From Eledone cirrhosa (lineage: Eukaryota): a DNA stretch of 64,000 nucleotides. Of the stretch, positions 1 to 11,520 are shown piece after piece; within the stretch, counting starts at the first letter, position 1, and the number at the start of each line of letters is the position of its first letter. The stretch spans positions 29,326,001 through 29,390,000 of the forward strand of contig OZ024748.1 of the NCBI GenBank assembly GCA_964016885.1, read 5' to 3'. Below the pieces are notes generated by a model. The model searched no databases and was not told the DNA's origin. It saw only the letters and a program-made list of their open reading frames with translations. A program made the translations under genes and the position numbers.

Positions 1-2886
1 TTTGTTAGAGATGCCTACTGAGTGTAGTAGGTTTTACTTTGTATTTAGGTAAGGCGGGTCTTCTCTATTACTGAGTACCGCCAAAGGTCTCGGTCCAGTG
101 ACATTGTCTTGGAGAGGTGTAAGTGTGTGAGGTCGGAATTTATCAGCTTGTCCCAGGTTTTTCTGAGTCTGCCTACTCCGTGGCTACCGTCTATCTTTAT
201 TGCCCTGCACTTTGTTATACAGCTGTCGTCTTTCATGCGCACCACGTGACCATACCAACGTAGCCTTCTCTCGAGTAAACAACATCTGATCCCTCTTATT
301 TCTAATTTTTTCCTTAGTTCGTTTATGCTTTGCCGTTCACGTATATTACTATTGCACATCCAGCGGAGCATGCAAGCTTCGTCCCTCTCTAGTCTGCGTA
401 TATCCTCTGCACACAATGCCCAGGTCTCACTGCCATGCAACATTGCTGTTCGTATGCAGGCATCATACAACCTGCCTTTCATTTTTAGGGAGAACTCTTT
501 AGTGGCTAATAGTGGTATAAGCTCTCTGAACTTTTTCCATCCAGTTCTGACTCTAGCTACTGTACTTTCAGAGCACCCTCCCCCACTGCTGATTTTGTCA
601 CCCAGGTAATGGAAGCTGTCCACTAGTTCTATAGAACCCTCTCCACAATTGAAAGAGCTAGTATTTTGTGGGCATTTGCTGCTACTTATTGCACCAGAGC
701 ACTGGCCACATGTAAAATCTATGTTCTTAGTTAGCTTACCTGTGATCCCACTACATCTTTTATGCGCCCATACTTTGCATTTGGGACATAAAATGGAGTT
801 TCTACCTACGCCTTTCCTACACACCAAGCATGGCCATTTCCCGGAAGGGACCGGCACCTTATTTTCTTTCCTACAAACTAGAACTTTAGTCTTAGCCAGG
901 TTAATTTTAAGGCCTTTTGATTCTAGGCCGTGCTTCCATGTTTGGAATTTCTTCTCTAGCTCGGCCATTGATTCAGCTATGAGCGTTAGGAGTTCCCATG
1001 GGCAGCCGGTCTTGAACTCCTCTGTTATAGCCTGAAGGGCAATAATAAATAGTAGGGGACTAAGAACAGAGCCTTGATGGACACCAACTTTTACGCTAAA
1101 CTCTTCACTATATTCGTTGTTATTTCTAACCTTGCTGACTGTTTCTTTATACATGGCTTGTATAGCTCTCACAAGCCATTCGTTAACACCTAGTTTTCTA
1201 AGAGCCCACCAGATAATGGAACGGGGGACTCTGTCGAAGGCTTTCTCCAAGTCGACAAAAGCTAAATATAGGGGTTTACTTTTAGCTAGGTACTTCTCCT
1301 GTAGTTGTCGTACAATGAAAAGAGCGTCTGTGGTACTTTTGCCTGACACAAACCCGAACTGCATTTCATCTAGATCAATTCTCTCTCTATTACTTTTTCC
1401 GTGACCTTCATGACCTGGTCAATTAATTTAATGCCTCTATAGTTACTCCTATCTAGGGCGTCTCCTTTACCCTTGTAACAGTTAACGATGATGCTGCTAC
1501 GCCAGTCCTTCGGAACAACCCCATTCTGTATGACTTGGTTTACTATCCGGGTGACCATGGTGTGTCCCACCGTTCCAGAGGCTTTCAGCATCTCAGCAAC
1601 TATTTCCGAAGGCCCAGCCGCCTTACCCGTCTTCATATCTTTGATTGCCTTACTTATTATACTACCTTCGACTAACACTGCTGGTCCCTCTATTGGGTCG
1701 ATGTGGGGGAGACTGTCTTTCTCCCATTTATTCTCCTCATTTAGTAGCCTTTCGTAGTGACACCTCCAAGCTACCTTCTTATCAGCGTCAGTGATGGCAA
1801 GTACGCCATCATCGTTAAGTACACACTTCTCCCCGACAATATCACGGTTTTCCTTGACACATTGCCTAGCAATCCTGAACACCTCACATTTTTGGTCCTC
1901 GCGTTGTAGAACATGCTTGAACTTTCTTTCCTCTGCTTCCCTTCTTGCGAAGTACACTTGTCTCCTAGCTTCCCTCCTGGCCACTTGATAGTCTTCTCTA
2001 CTTCCCCCATCCCGCCATGCTTTCCAAGCCTGCTTTTTGGCCTTGATTGACCCCTCCACCTTACTGTTCCACCACCATGTTACTCTCCTCCTGTCTACAG
2101 GCCTGCTCCAGCCACAGACTTCGTCTGTCGCCATCAGCAGGTTTGCTTTCAGGAATTCCCACTGTTCCTCTACATTGTATGAGTCTAATTGCTCTTCCTT
2201 ACTGTCGAAAGCATCAAGTAATATGCTTTGAAATTTATTTCTGGCTGTGGGATCCTTTACCTTCCATATTTTTCTCCTGAGGATAATCCTCTTCTGCTGT
2301 CTAGTACGTCTCGTCCTGACTATGAGGTCGCTAATTATCAGTCTATGTTGGGAGGTGCATTCTTCATGGGGAGGGATTTAGTGTTTACAACAGACACTCT
2401 GTCACGTCTTCTGGTAAGGATATAATCTACCTGGCTGGTATATTCCCCTGATCTGTAGGTGATCAAGTGATTGTCTCGTTTTTTGAAGTTAGTGTTACAG
2501 ATAGTTAGGTTATTTGCATCACAGAATTCCAGGATTCTGGAGCCTTCCTCGTTTCTAGTACCAAACCCATAGCCTCCGTGGATTCTATCATAGCCGTCAC
2601 AATGTTGTCCAACATGGCCATTTAGGTCACCAGCAATAATTATATAGTCACTGTCGGTTATTTGGGAGGTAGTGAGCATCAGTGTCTCATAGAATCTGTC
2701 TTTTATAGCGCCAGGCAGTCCGGATTGGGGCGCGTATGCAGATATCACTGTCACAGTAGTTCTGTTTAGAACAAGTCTTATTTTAATTATTCAGTCATTC
2801 ACTCTATTTACATCTATTATCTTATCCACCCATTTTTCTGCTAACATGATTCCTACCCCACCTATCCCATTGTCATTTCCCATCCA
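1..2886 (-). mobile_element. RTE-clade LINE, family A, 5'-truncated and degenerate (3' end runs off the window)
   Basis: ORF pieces 2338-2754 (APE: SAYAPQ, GDLNGH), 1370-2134 and 45-1364 (RT: QFGF, FVDLEKAFD, GVHQGSVLSP, RLRWYGHV). Frameshifted, and catalytic YADDL is deleted (CPWELLTLIAES versus CPWELLYADDLTLIAES in sister copies). Confidence 0.93.
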
Positions 2887-3322
2887 GTAAAACAATATAT
2901 TTTTCTCAGTTATAAAAGCTATCTCTCTCTATCACCCATCTCTCCTCCTAACTCATCCTTCCTTATTATACTCCTCCCCCTCCACTTTTTACTCTCATCT
3001 TCTCCTCTTTTTCATCCTTTCCACCCACCCCCTCAATTTTTTTCCCCAATATCACACATCTAAAACTACTCTTCATATGTTGATTTAAAACTGCACTATT
3101 CACAAGTATTTTTTAACCTTCATATCTTGTCTCCCTATTTTATCTGACGAAAACGCAAATGTTATCGCATGATGATATTTGTTTTTGAAATGCACATAAT
3201 AAAATACATGGAACTCTTTTAACCATCTTTTGATCTTATATATTATTTATACTCCAGTCCTACAAACTGTAGAGTGCTACTTATCCGATATCTGCATTGC
3301 TTTATTGTACTACAATAAAACT
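2887..3322 (+). mobile_element. Non-coding hammerhead-bearing repeat (probable PLE pseudo-LTR/3' UTR or retrozyme-like element)
   Basis: Closely similar to 11970-12596; contains a hammerhead at 3136-3206; fused directly to the PLE fragment at 3323. Confidence 0.7.
3136..3206 (+). ncRNA. Type I hammerhead ribozyme
   Basis: Stem I TATTTTAT/ATAAAATA; core CTGACGA; long stem II hairpin; GAAA; stem III ATG-CA-CAT; cleavage triplet ATA. Confidence 0.85.
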
Positions 3323-4550
3323 CATGTGCAACCCCGAAGAACTAGAGAGACACATACAACACTTCATCCACCGTATGCAGTTCTCTGGCTACAATCAGAG
3401 AGATAAAATCAGAGTGTATAGAGGAGCCAGAACCAAATGGGAAAAAATGGTAAATAATGACATAAATGGGACCTGCCCCTTGTATAGGAGCAAATTTTGG
3501 AATAGAATAGAAAGAACTAGGAACAAGGCTAATAGAATAAACTCATGGTATGATAGCAATAAATACCAGAGTGTAATGTTCATCGATACAACCCCTAGAG
3601 GTGAATTAGCTTACAAATTTAGAAGGGCCCTAGATAAACATAAACTCAATATTAAGATAGTAGAAAGACCAGGTACCTCCGTAAAAACACTTATTAGCAA
3701 GACATACCCTTTTCAAAGACCCTCATGTATAGATAAGAAATGTATAACCTGTAAAATAAGCCCCCATATTAACTGTAAAACTAGAAATGTAGTGTATAGC
3801 ATAAGATGTACTGAAGGACAATGTAGAGACAAAAATATAGTGTACATAGGTGAGACAGCTCGTAGTATAGGGGAACGGATAAATGAACACTGGCGAGACC
3901 TTCAAGATAGTAAAGAATCATCTGTACTCTACCAACATGCTAAAATAGAACACAAGGGTAAATTAGAGAACATAGAAATAAAAATAGAATCTACACACAG
4001 AAAAGACGCAATGTTTAGACAAATCACAGAGGCAATAAACAGCCACAGAGGCAATAAACAACCAAAATTAAATAGAAAATATGAGTGGAACAGCAACATC
4101 ACAACTTACAATTAAGGACAAAATGAAAACACACACACACATAGAACAAACAACCAACCAGTAACATGTAAATAAACAAATAAATAAATGAACATAAACA
4201 CACACAGACACCCGGATGTGGCGCATGCGCAGACTGAGCACACAACACGCACACAGAAACAAAATGGCGTAGGACAGAACAAAGGAGAGGCACAAAAACA
4301 AAGAAAGGAATCTCCAGTCACTGAAGAGGTCACAGAGTGTGTGACGAAAGAACTATGACAATATATAAACAACCAACCAGAAATTTATAAATTTATAAAT
4401 TTATTATAAATTTATTATAATAAATTGAAGTGAAAGCAACTGGTGCGTGTGTTTCTTATTGGCAACATGACCCTCCCAAAGTATAACAATATCGGTTTCA
4501 ACACACGATTTCAGATAAAGAATCTTGCTAAACAAATTCAGAAACGAAAT
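3323..4550 (+). mobile_element. Penelope-like element, 5'-truncated (thumb, Zn knuckle, GIY-YIG, pLTR, tail)
   Basis: ORF 3297-4115 is homologous to the C-terminus of the 1206-aa PLE (CKTRNVVYSIRC...YIGETARS). The UTR contains a hammerhead. The ORF start is re-entered at 4468 ([22 protein letters not shown]) before running into (TA)n. Confidence 0.9.
4317..4359 (+). ncRNA. Minimal type I hammerhead ribozyme in PLE pLTR
   Basis: GTCA-CTGAAGA-G-GTCACA(GAGTG)TGTGAC-GAAA-GAAC-TA-TGAC. Confidence 0.8.
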
Positions 4551-4578
4551 ATATAATATATATATATATATATAATAT

Positions 4579-4610
<32 letters not shown>

Positions 4611-5526
4611 ATATATATATATATATAATATATATATATATAATATATATATATATAATATATATATATAAATGCATACATTTATTTTCTTTAATTAATT
4701 GAGTTCTTTACACGAGGAATTGATATTAGTTTTGAAATGACTAATTAACCCGCGTGTGTTTTATATTTTACTCTTAATTTGGCCGGAGATTTACATTCCC
4801 ATTTGCCCTTTAAAGCATGACTTTCTGTATTTACTGCGGTTATGAGATGTGGTTCTTATTCGGGTACAACTTTTGATTTTAGCCTAAGAAAATATCTATA
4901 TGCGTGTGTAATTTATACAAGCATATATTTACTTTTTTTATTTTCAATTGAGTTCTTAACACATTGGATTGATAATGTTTTCGAAAAAACCAATTAACCC
5001 GCGTGTATATTATTATTTTTTTCCTCCTTTCGTGGATCGTAGTTGTCTCCCCTTCCCGCTTCGTGTCGCTATGATACTTCCTCAGTCAAGAACTGCTGGA
5101 ATTTCAAATTTGGCGGTCATTTGATGCGAGAAGGAGCAGCTTAACAGACACGATTTTTGACTGCGGTAAGAATTTCTTTCTTATATCAAAGTTTAATGGG
5201 CTTCCACTGATGATTTATAAGCACCCACCTAAATATATTCTTATATGAATATATATTAGGCTTCTACATAAACTGGAAATATTCTCCCAACTTGTAGAAA
5301 ACTTATAATGAAACAATTGTTTGGAAAGAGAGATGTATTTTAACTTTAATTATATCTCATAAAATAATACAACTGGTTTTTCCACATTATACATATTGTT
5401 AGCACCCCAAACACTTAAATTGGGTTTATATTTAAATATAACCTAATGTTTGTTGAGTGAGATGGATACCAGTCAGAGTTTAGCTTTAAACTATCTCTGT
5501 TATTGTATTAAATATATATAATATAT

Positions 5527-5572
<46 letters not shown>

Positions 5573-5689
5573 TATATATAATATATATATATTTACAGTG
5601 TGGGCTGGGTGCTTTTTTGCCGTGGCACCTCCACGACCACCTTGCGGTGGGGGGTGTGGGGGCATATTTCATGGCTTAGTGGTTAGAGT

Positions 5690-6030
5690 GGAGGCACATG
5701 GCTTAGTGGTTAGAGCATTGGCCTTGCAATCGAAAGGTTGTGAGTTCAATTCTCAGCCTGGGTGATGTGTTGTTTCCTTGAGCAAGGCACTTTATTTCAC
5801 ATTGCTCCAGTTTACTCAGCTGTAGAAATGAGGTGATAGGGACTGGGGTCCATATCATTCCACTGCAAAGTGGTCGTGGAGGTGCCACGGCAAAAAAGCA
5901 CCCAGCACTCACTGTAAATGAGGTTGGTGTTAGGAAGGGCATCCAGCTGTAGAAATCAAGCCAAAATCAGTTCCCGTCCTACCCTTGCAAGCAGGGAAAA
6001 GCTTACGTAAAAAATGAAATGAAATGAAAT
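5690..6030 (+). mobile_element. tRNA-derived CORE-type SINE with RTE-derived tail
   Basis: A box TGGCTTAGTGG; B box GAGTTCAATTC; MIR/CORE-like CCTTGAGCAAGGCACTT...CTCAGCTGTAGAAATG; 3' half matches the RTE-B 3' UTR; four copies in the window. Confidence 0.88.
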
Positions 6031-6043
6031 ATATATATATAAT

Positions 6044-6102
<59 letters not shown>

Positions 6103-6219
6103 CGTATGGATTCACCGAACATTTATTATAATGCTCGGTGTGTTTGTAAACAAATATCCCGTATTAAGCCGTAGTGTCTAGCAACCATCGTTGCTCGTTT
6201 GTTCAACACTGACAAAGGA

Positions 6220-6262
6220 ACGCTGTACTAGTTTCAAGCTTATTAGCTATCGTCAGCAACGT
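6220..6262 (-). ncRNA. Minimal type I hammerhead ribozyme in a 220-bp island (6099-6320) between (TA)n tracts
   Basis: Minus strand reads ACGTTG-CTGACGA-TAGCT(AATA)AGCTT-GAAA-CTAG-TA-CAGCGT; palindromic stem III ACTAGT; cleavage GTA. Confidence 0.82.
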
Positions 6263-6351
6263 ATACCTTCCTGCCAGATTGTTGAACGTATATACTTACC
6301 TTATGCATATTAACGGCTAATATATATATATAATATATATATATATATATA

Positions 6352-8738
6352 ATCATCATCATCATCACCGTTTTACGTCCGTTCTTCCATGCTAGCATGG
6401 GTTAGACGGGTTGCCCTGTTGTGGGCAGTGTCTGGTCGGCTGACCATGCCTTGCTCATACAGGAACTGATTTGGCTTGATTTCTACAGCTGGATGCCCTT
6501 CCTAACCTCATTTACAGTGTGAGCTGGGTGCTTTTTTGCCGTGGCACCTCCACGACCACCTTGCGGTGGGGGGTGTGGGGGCATATTGTCTATATGCTTC
6601 AGCTTGTACCCATGGGAGGTCGGGTACTCTGTATTACTGCGTGACGCCAGAGGTCACGGTCATGTATCATCGCCTTTGAGAGGTGTAATTGGGTAAGATC
6701 GGTTTTTATCACCTCATCCCAGGTCATCTTGGGTCTCCCCACTCCGCGGTTTCCATCGACTTCTAGTGTTCTGCACCTTTTTATGCAGCTGTCATCCTTC
6801 ATACGCATCACATGACCATACCAGCGCAACCGCCTCTCCTGCACACAGCATTTGATTCCTCTTATGCTCAGTCTCTCTCTCAATTCATTTATGCTTTGTC
6901 GTTCGCGTATATTACTGTTACACATCCATCGGAGCATGCAGGCTTCGTTTCTCTCTAATCTACGTAAGTCTTCCACCTTCAGCGCCCAGGTCTCACTACC
7001 ATGCAACATCGCTGTTCGGATACACGCATCATACAGTCTGCCTTTCATTTTGAGGGAGAAGCCTTTTGCAGCTAGCAGTGGTAGTAGTTCCCTAAACTTC
7101 TTCCATCCCGTTCTTACCCTAGTTATTGTACTTTCTGAACACCCACCCCCGCTGCTAATTCGGTTACCTATTTAGCAGAAGCTGTCTACTGTTTCTACAG
7201 AGCCTTCCCAGAGATTGGTGGTACTTGTTTCCTGTGGCTGTTTGCTGCTTGCTGTCCCAGCACAGCTGCTGCATGTGAAGCCTACATTCTTAATTAAGCT
7301 TCCTGAGATCCCGTTACATCTCTTGTGTACCCATTGTTTGCATTTGGGGCAGTGAATGGAGTTCCTACCTATACCTTTCCTACATACTGAGCAAGGCCAT
7401 TTCCCTGAGGGGATCTGGGTTCTGTTTTCTCGTCTATTTACAAGGACCTTAGTCTTTGTCATGTTGACTTTGAGACCCTTTCTTTCTAGTCCCTGCTTCC
7501 AAGTTTGGAATTTCTTCTCTAGTTCTACCATAGATTCAGCTATAAGTGTGAGGTCATCAGCATACAGGAGTTCCCATGGGCATCCGGTCTTAAACTCCTC
7601 CGTTATTGCCTGCAGGACTATGATGAACAGGAGGGGGCGAAGAACAGAGCCCTGGTGGACCCCAACCTGTACGCTAAATTCCTCGCTATACTCATTGCTA
7701 ATCCTAACTTTGCTGACTGCTCCCCCATACATGGCTTGTACCGCTTTCACAAGCCATTCATCTACTCCTAGTTTTCTAAGAGCCCACCAGATTACAGCAC
7801 GTGGAACTCTGTCAAAGGCTTTCTCAAGGTCGACAAATGCCAGGTAGAGTAGCTTACTTTTAGCTAGGTACTTTTCCTGTAACTGCCTCACAAGGAAGAG
7901 GGCATCAGTGGTGCCTCTTCCTGGTACAAACCCAAATTGCATCTCGTCTAGTTTCACCCAGTCCCTACTCAACTGTGCTATAACTCTTTCTGTTACTTTC
8001 ATGACCTGGTCCATCAGCTTTATACCTCTATAGTTTCCTCTATCTAGTGTATCACCTGTACCTTTGTAGCAGTTGTCAATGATGCTACTGCACCAATCTT
8101 TTGGTATGACACCTTCTAGTATTACCTGGTTAACAATACGTGTGGTTATAGTGTGACCTACAGACCCAGATGCTTTCAGCATCTCGGCAGCTATACCCGA
8201 TGGACGGATTGCCTTCCCCATCTTCATATCTTTGATTGCCTTACTTACTACGTTGCTGCTGACTTGTACTGCTGGCCCCTCTATAGGGTCTACTTGGGGT
8301 AGGGTCTCTTCTTCCCATGCATTCTCCTCATTTAGTAATCTATCATAATGACTCTTCCATGCATCTTTCTTCTCAGCACTTGTGAGGGCAAGCTCACCTT
8401 TATCATTCTGGATACACTTCTCTCCAATGACATCACAACTCTCTCTGATACACTGCATCGCAATCTTGAACACCTCCTGTTTCTAGTCCTCACGTTGCAA
8501 AACATGCTTGAATTTTCTATCCTCTGCTTCCCTCCTAGCTAAGTATACTTGTCGCCTAGCTTCCCTCTTGGTCTCTATGTAATGTACCCTGCTCCCCACG
8601 TTCTTCCATTCTTTCCATGCCTGTCTCTTGGCCTTAACTGCCTCATCTACCTTATTGTTCCACCACCAAGTCACTCTCCTCCTGCTTGAGGTCTTACTCC
8701 AGCCACAGACCTCATCCGTCGCCTCTAGTAAGTTATTT
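6352..8738 (-). mobile_element. RTE-clade LINE, family B, 5'-truncated with stops
   Basis: ORF pieces 8483-8674, 7172-8473 (YADD) and 6599-7048 are near-identical to 17562-20681; (GAT)n tail; (TA)n on both sides. Confidence 0.93.
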
Positions 8739-8740
8739 TT

Positions 8741-8834
<94 letters not shown>

Positions 8835-8838
8835 TGTA

Positions 8839-8897
<59 letters not shown>

Positions 8898-9358
8898 CAC
8901 GTTGCACCTTCTACCTGGAGTTGCGACCGATAGATAGTATTAGCAACTGGAAAGACCGACTAAAAACATTGTTTCCTCGGTCCGATTTGACGAAAGTCGA
9001 TCGATCCTTTTTTTTTTATATATATATAATATATATATATATATAATATATAATATATATATATATAATATATATATATATATAATATATAATATATATA
9101 TATATAATATATAATATATATATATATAATATATATATATAATATATAATATATATATATATAATATATATATATATATAATATATATATATATATAATA
9201 TATATATATACATATATATATTAGAAAGTGAGGTTTTTTTTACAAAATGAAAAATAACCGAGGTGTCCTACACGAGTGAAAGTATAAAGAAAAAGAGATG
9301 AAATCGAAAATGCAACTGGAGTCTTATTTTTAAAAAAAATATATATATTTATTTGGTT

Positions 9359-9396
9359 CCTTTACCGGTTTCGCAGTTCTTCTGCTTTTCAAAAGG
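9359..9396 (-). ncRNA. Minimal hammerhead, U3-A8 core variant
   Basis: Reverse complement of the motif at 9436-9473. Confidence 0.75.
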
Positions 9397-9435
9397 TGAG
9401 TTGAGAAAAAACCACAGACCCTCCGTCTCAACTCA

Positions 9436-9473
9436 CCTTTTGAAAAGCAGAAGAACTGCGAAACCGGTAAAGG
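9436..9473 (+). ncRNA. Minimal hammerhead, U3-A8 core variant
   Basis: CCTT-TTGAAAA-GCAG(AAGAA)CTGC-GAAA-CCGG-TA-AAGG; palindromic stem III ACCGGT; C3-G8 pair replaced by U3-A8. Confidence 0.75.
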
Positions 9474-9799
9474 AACCAAATAAATATATATATTTTTTTA
9501 AAAAATAAGACTCCAATTGCATTTTCGATTTCATCTCTTTTTCTTTATATATATATATAATATATATATATATGTATATATATATATTATATATATATAT
9601 ATTATATATATATATATTATATATATATATATATATTATATATATATATAATATATATATATATATTATATATATATATTATATATATATTATATATATA
9701 TATTATATATATTATATATATATATTATATATATATATTATATATATATATTATATATATATATTATATATATATATATATTATATATATATATATTAT

Positions 9800-10744
9800 A
9801 AGTATTGAAATTTCCGTTGGAAACAGAAAAGGTCATAGAAGTGAAGAGTGCTCTATGTAAGTATCAGAGCAAAATTTAATGTATAAAAATCAATACAATA
9901 TAATTACCTCATTACCAGAGGTTTCCCGAATGAGGCGAATACGAAATAAACCTCTTCATTCGTTCGTCAGACGAGGCAATATAAAACATGGGTAAATACT
10001 TAGAAAAAATCATCAAGAAAATCAAAAAAAGATATAGACAAATGAATTAGAAATTGAAATATATAAAAATCTATCAAGAAATATAGTTAGGTGTGTGTAT
10101 ATGTATGTATATACGCTCACAGATGTGCATATATGTATATGTACACATGTATACGTATAGTGAAAAAGTGTGCGTAATTCTAAAATTTAGGGCAAATGTA
10201 TCTATAATCGACAGACAGAATAGTTACATCATAAATATATGAATATGGAGGCGCGCGCATAAAACGCCTGCACACTCGTACACTTAGATGCAGAAGTAAA
10301 AGAGGTAAGGGAGTGTAATAATTAAAGGAAAGTATCAATCTCGATATATTTATAAAAATGTAACAATAAATTAGATTAGAAAGAAAAAATTTTAGAAAGA
10401 AAAAATTTTAGAAAGAAAAAATTAAAGAAAAGAAGACAAAAAAAGGGTACATGCATACACAGACACGCATGTCTCACAAAAGAAAAGCGAAAATATATAT
10501 TCTTATATACACATCCATACGTTCGATATGTACATACACACACACACACACACACATACTTACACTCACGCATATTGACCTGTATGCATGCACACGCATA
10601 AAACTGAGTAAGTAAAAAAAGTGGAAGGGGGGGGGAAGAAAAAAGGAACAAAAACATAAAACTGAGATGTCAAAAAAAAACACGGATATAAAGACACATA
10701 CACATATGCATAATATATACATACACACACGCACACATACATAT

Positions 10745-10779
<35 letters not shown>

Positions 10780-11520
10780 CATACACGCACGCGCGCGCTA
10801 CGTAGTCACTCATGTACATATATAAAAGTATACACACATTAAGGCGTTCAGCCATATTGATACAGGGTGTAAAAAACTTGTGGATAAGTAAGTACAAATA
10901 TAAAATTGTAAGATTGGCTGCGCAAAAATAAAAAATAAAAAATAAAAATAAAAATGGAAAATATATCTGGATTGAAAACACAAAAGACAAGTATAATCAG
11001 TTAGTGGAGGAAAAAGGGAAGTAAAAGAAGGGGAAGTAAAAAATGGAAAGTGAATCGGAGAATAAAGGGGGGGGGGTGGATGTTAAGTAAAAATAAAAAT
11101 AAAAATAAATGAAATTATTGACAAGGATAAAAAAGAAAGTAAGTCAGAAAGGGTCATTAAAAAGAGAATAATAAGAGTTTATGGAGGATAAGTATCTGAA
11201 AGTGTGTTAAGTTTATATGAGCTGGAAAGCAGGTGTGATTTCATGTGTGGGCAACGTGAAAATTTCCGTCTTTGTGTTCAGGCAGGTCTTTGGTGATTTT
11301 AGATTTTGCAATATCCAATATTTTTCATTTATGCAGAGCGTGCATTTTCTTGTTCCTTTAGCATATTTTTTAGATTGGTTCAAAATTGACCAATCTAATT
11401 TATATTGGATGCCTTGGTCTTTCAAATCCCAAATTCTGCTAGCCAGAGCTGTTGTAAATCTTTTTTCTGGATGTCGAAAGGATGCGACATGTGAGTAATA
11501 ACGTGTTTTGAATTTGTTTA
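9800..11520 (-). mobile_element. Penelope-like element 3' fragment (GIY-YIG C-terminus plus long UTR), second PLE lineage
   Basis: ORF 11213-11425: YKLDWSIL...KCTLCINEKYWI...LNTKTEI; hammerhead at 9903-9980; ends in (TA)n. Confidence 0.75.
9903..9980 (-). ncRNA. Type I hammerhead ribozyme
   Basis: Minus strand: 10-bp stem I ATTGCCTCGT/ATGAGGTAAT; CTGACGA; stem II CGAATGA/TCATTCG; GAAA; stem III ACC-TCT-GGT; cleavage GTA. Confidence 0.88.

Larger units (their letters stand above)
9283..9549. repeat. Near-perfect ~124-bp inverted repeat (arms 9283-9406 and 9426-9549, 19-nt spacer), one hammerhead per arm
   Basis: Direct reverse-complement match. The left arm extends to ~9221; both outer ends run into (TA)n. 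Confidence 0.92.

Noticed and set aside
4670-5170. Possible promoter/first exon (CpG-rich patch, GTAAG at ~5166, diverged ~100-bp direct repeat)
   Set aside because: No ORF or downstream exon identifiable; equally likely an unknown repeat.
5207-5240. CTGATGA hammerhead-like core (similar partial motifs near 14135 and 38620)
   Set aside because: No complete stem II-GAAA-stem III-UH arrangement.
5690-5765. tRNA gene (GCA anticodon-like)
   Set aside because: It is the head of a multi-copy SINE and lacks a proper acceptor stem.
8686-9808. YI/IY-repeat ORFs here and at 26.2, 37.3-37.7 and 38.4 kb
   Set aside because: Translations of (TA)n microsatellites.
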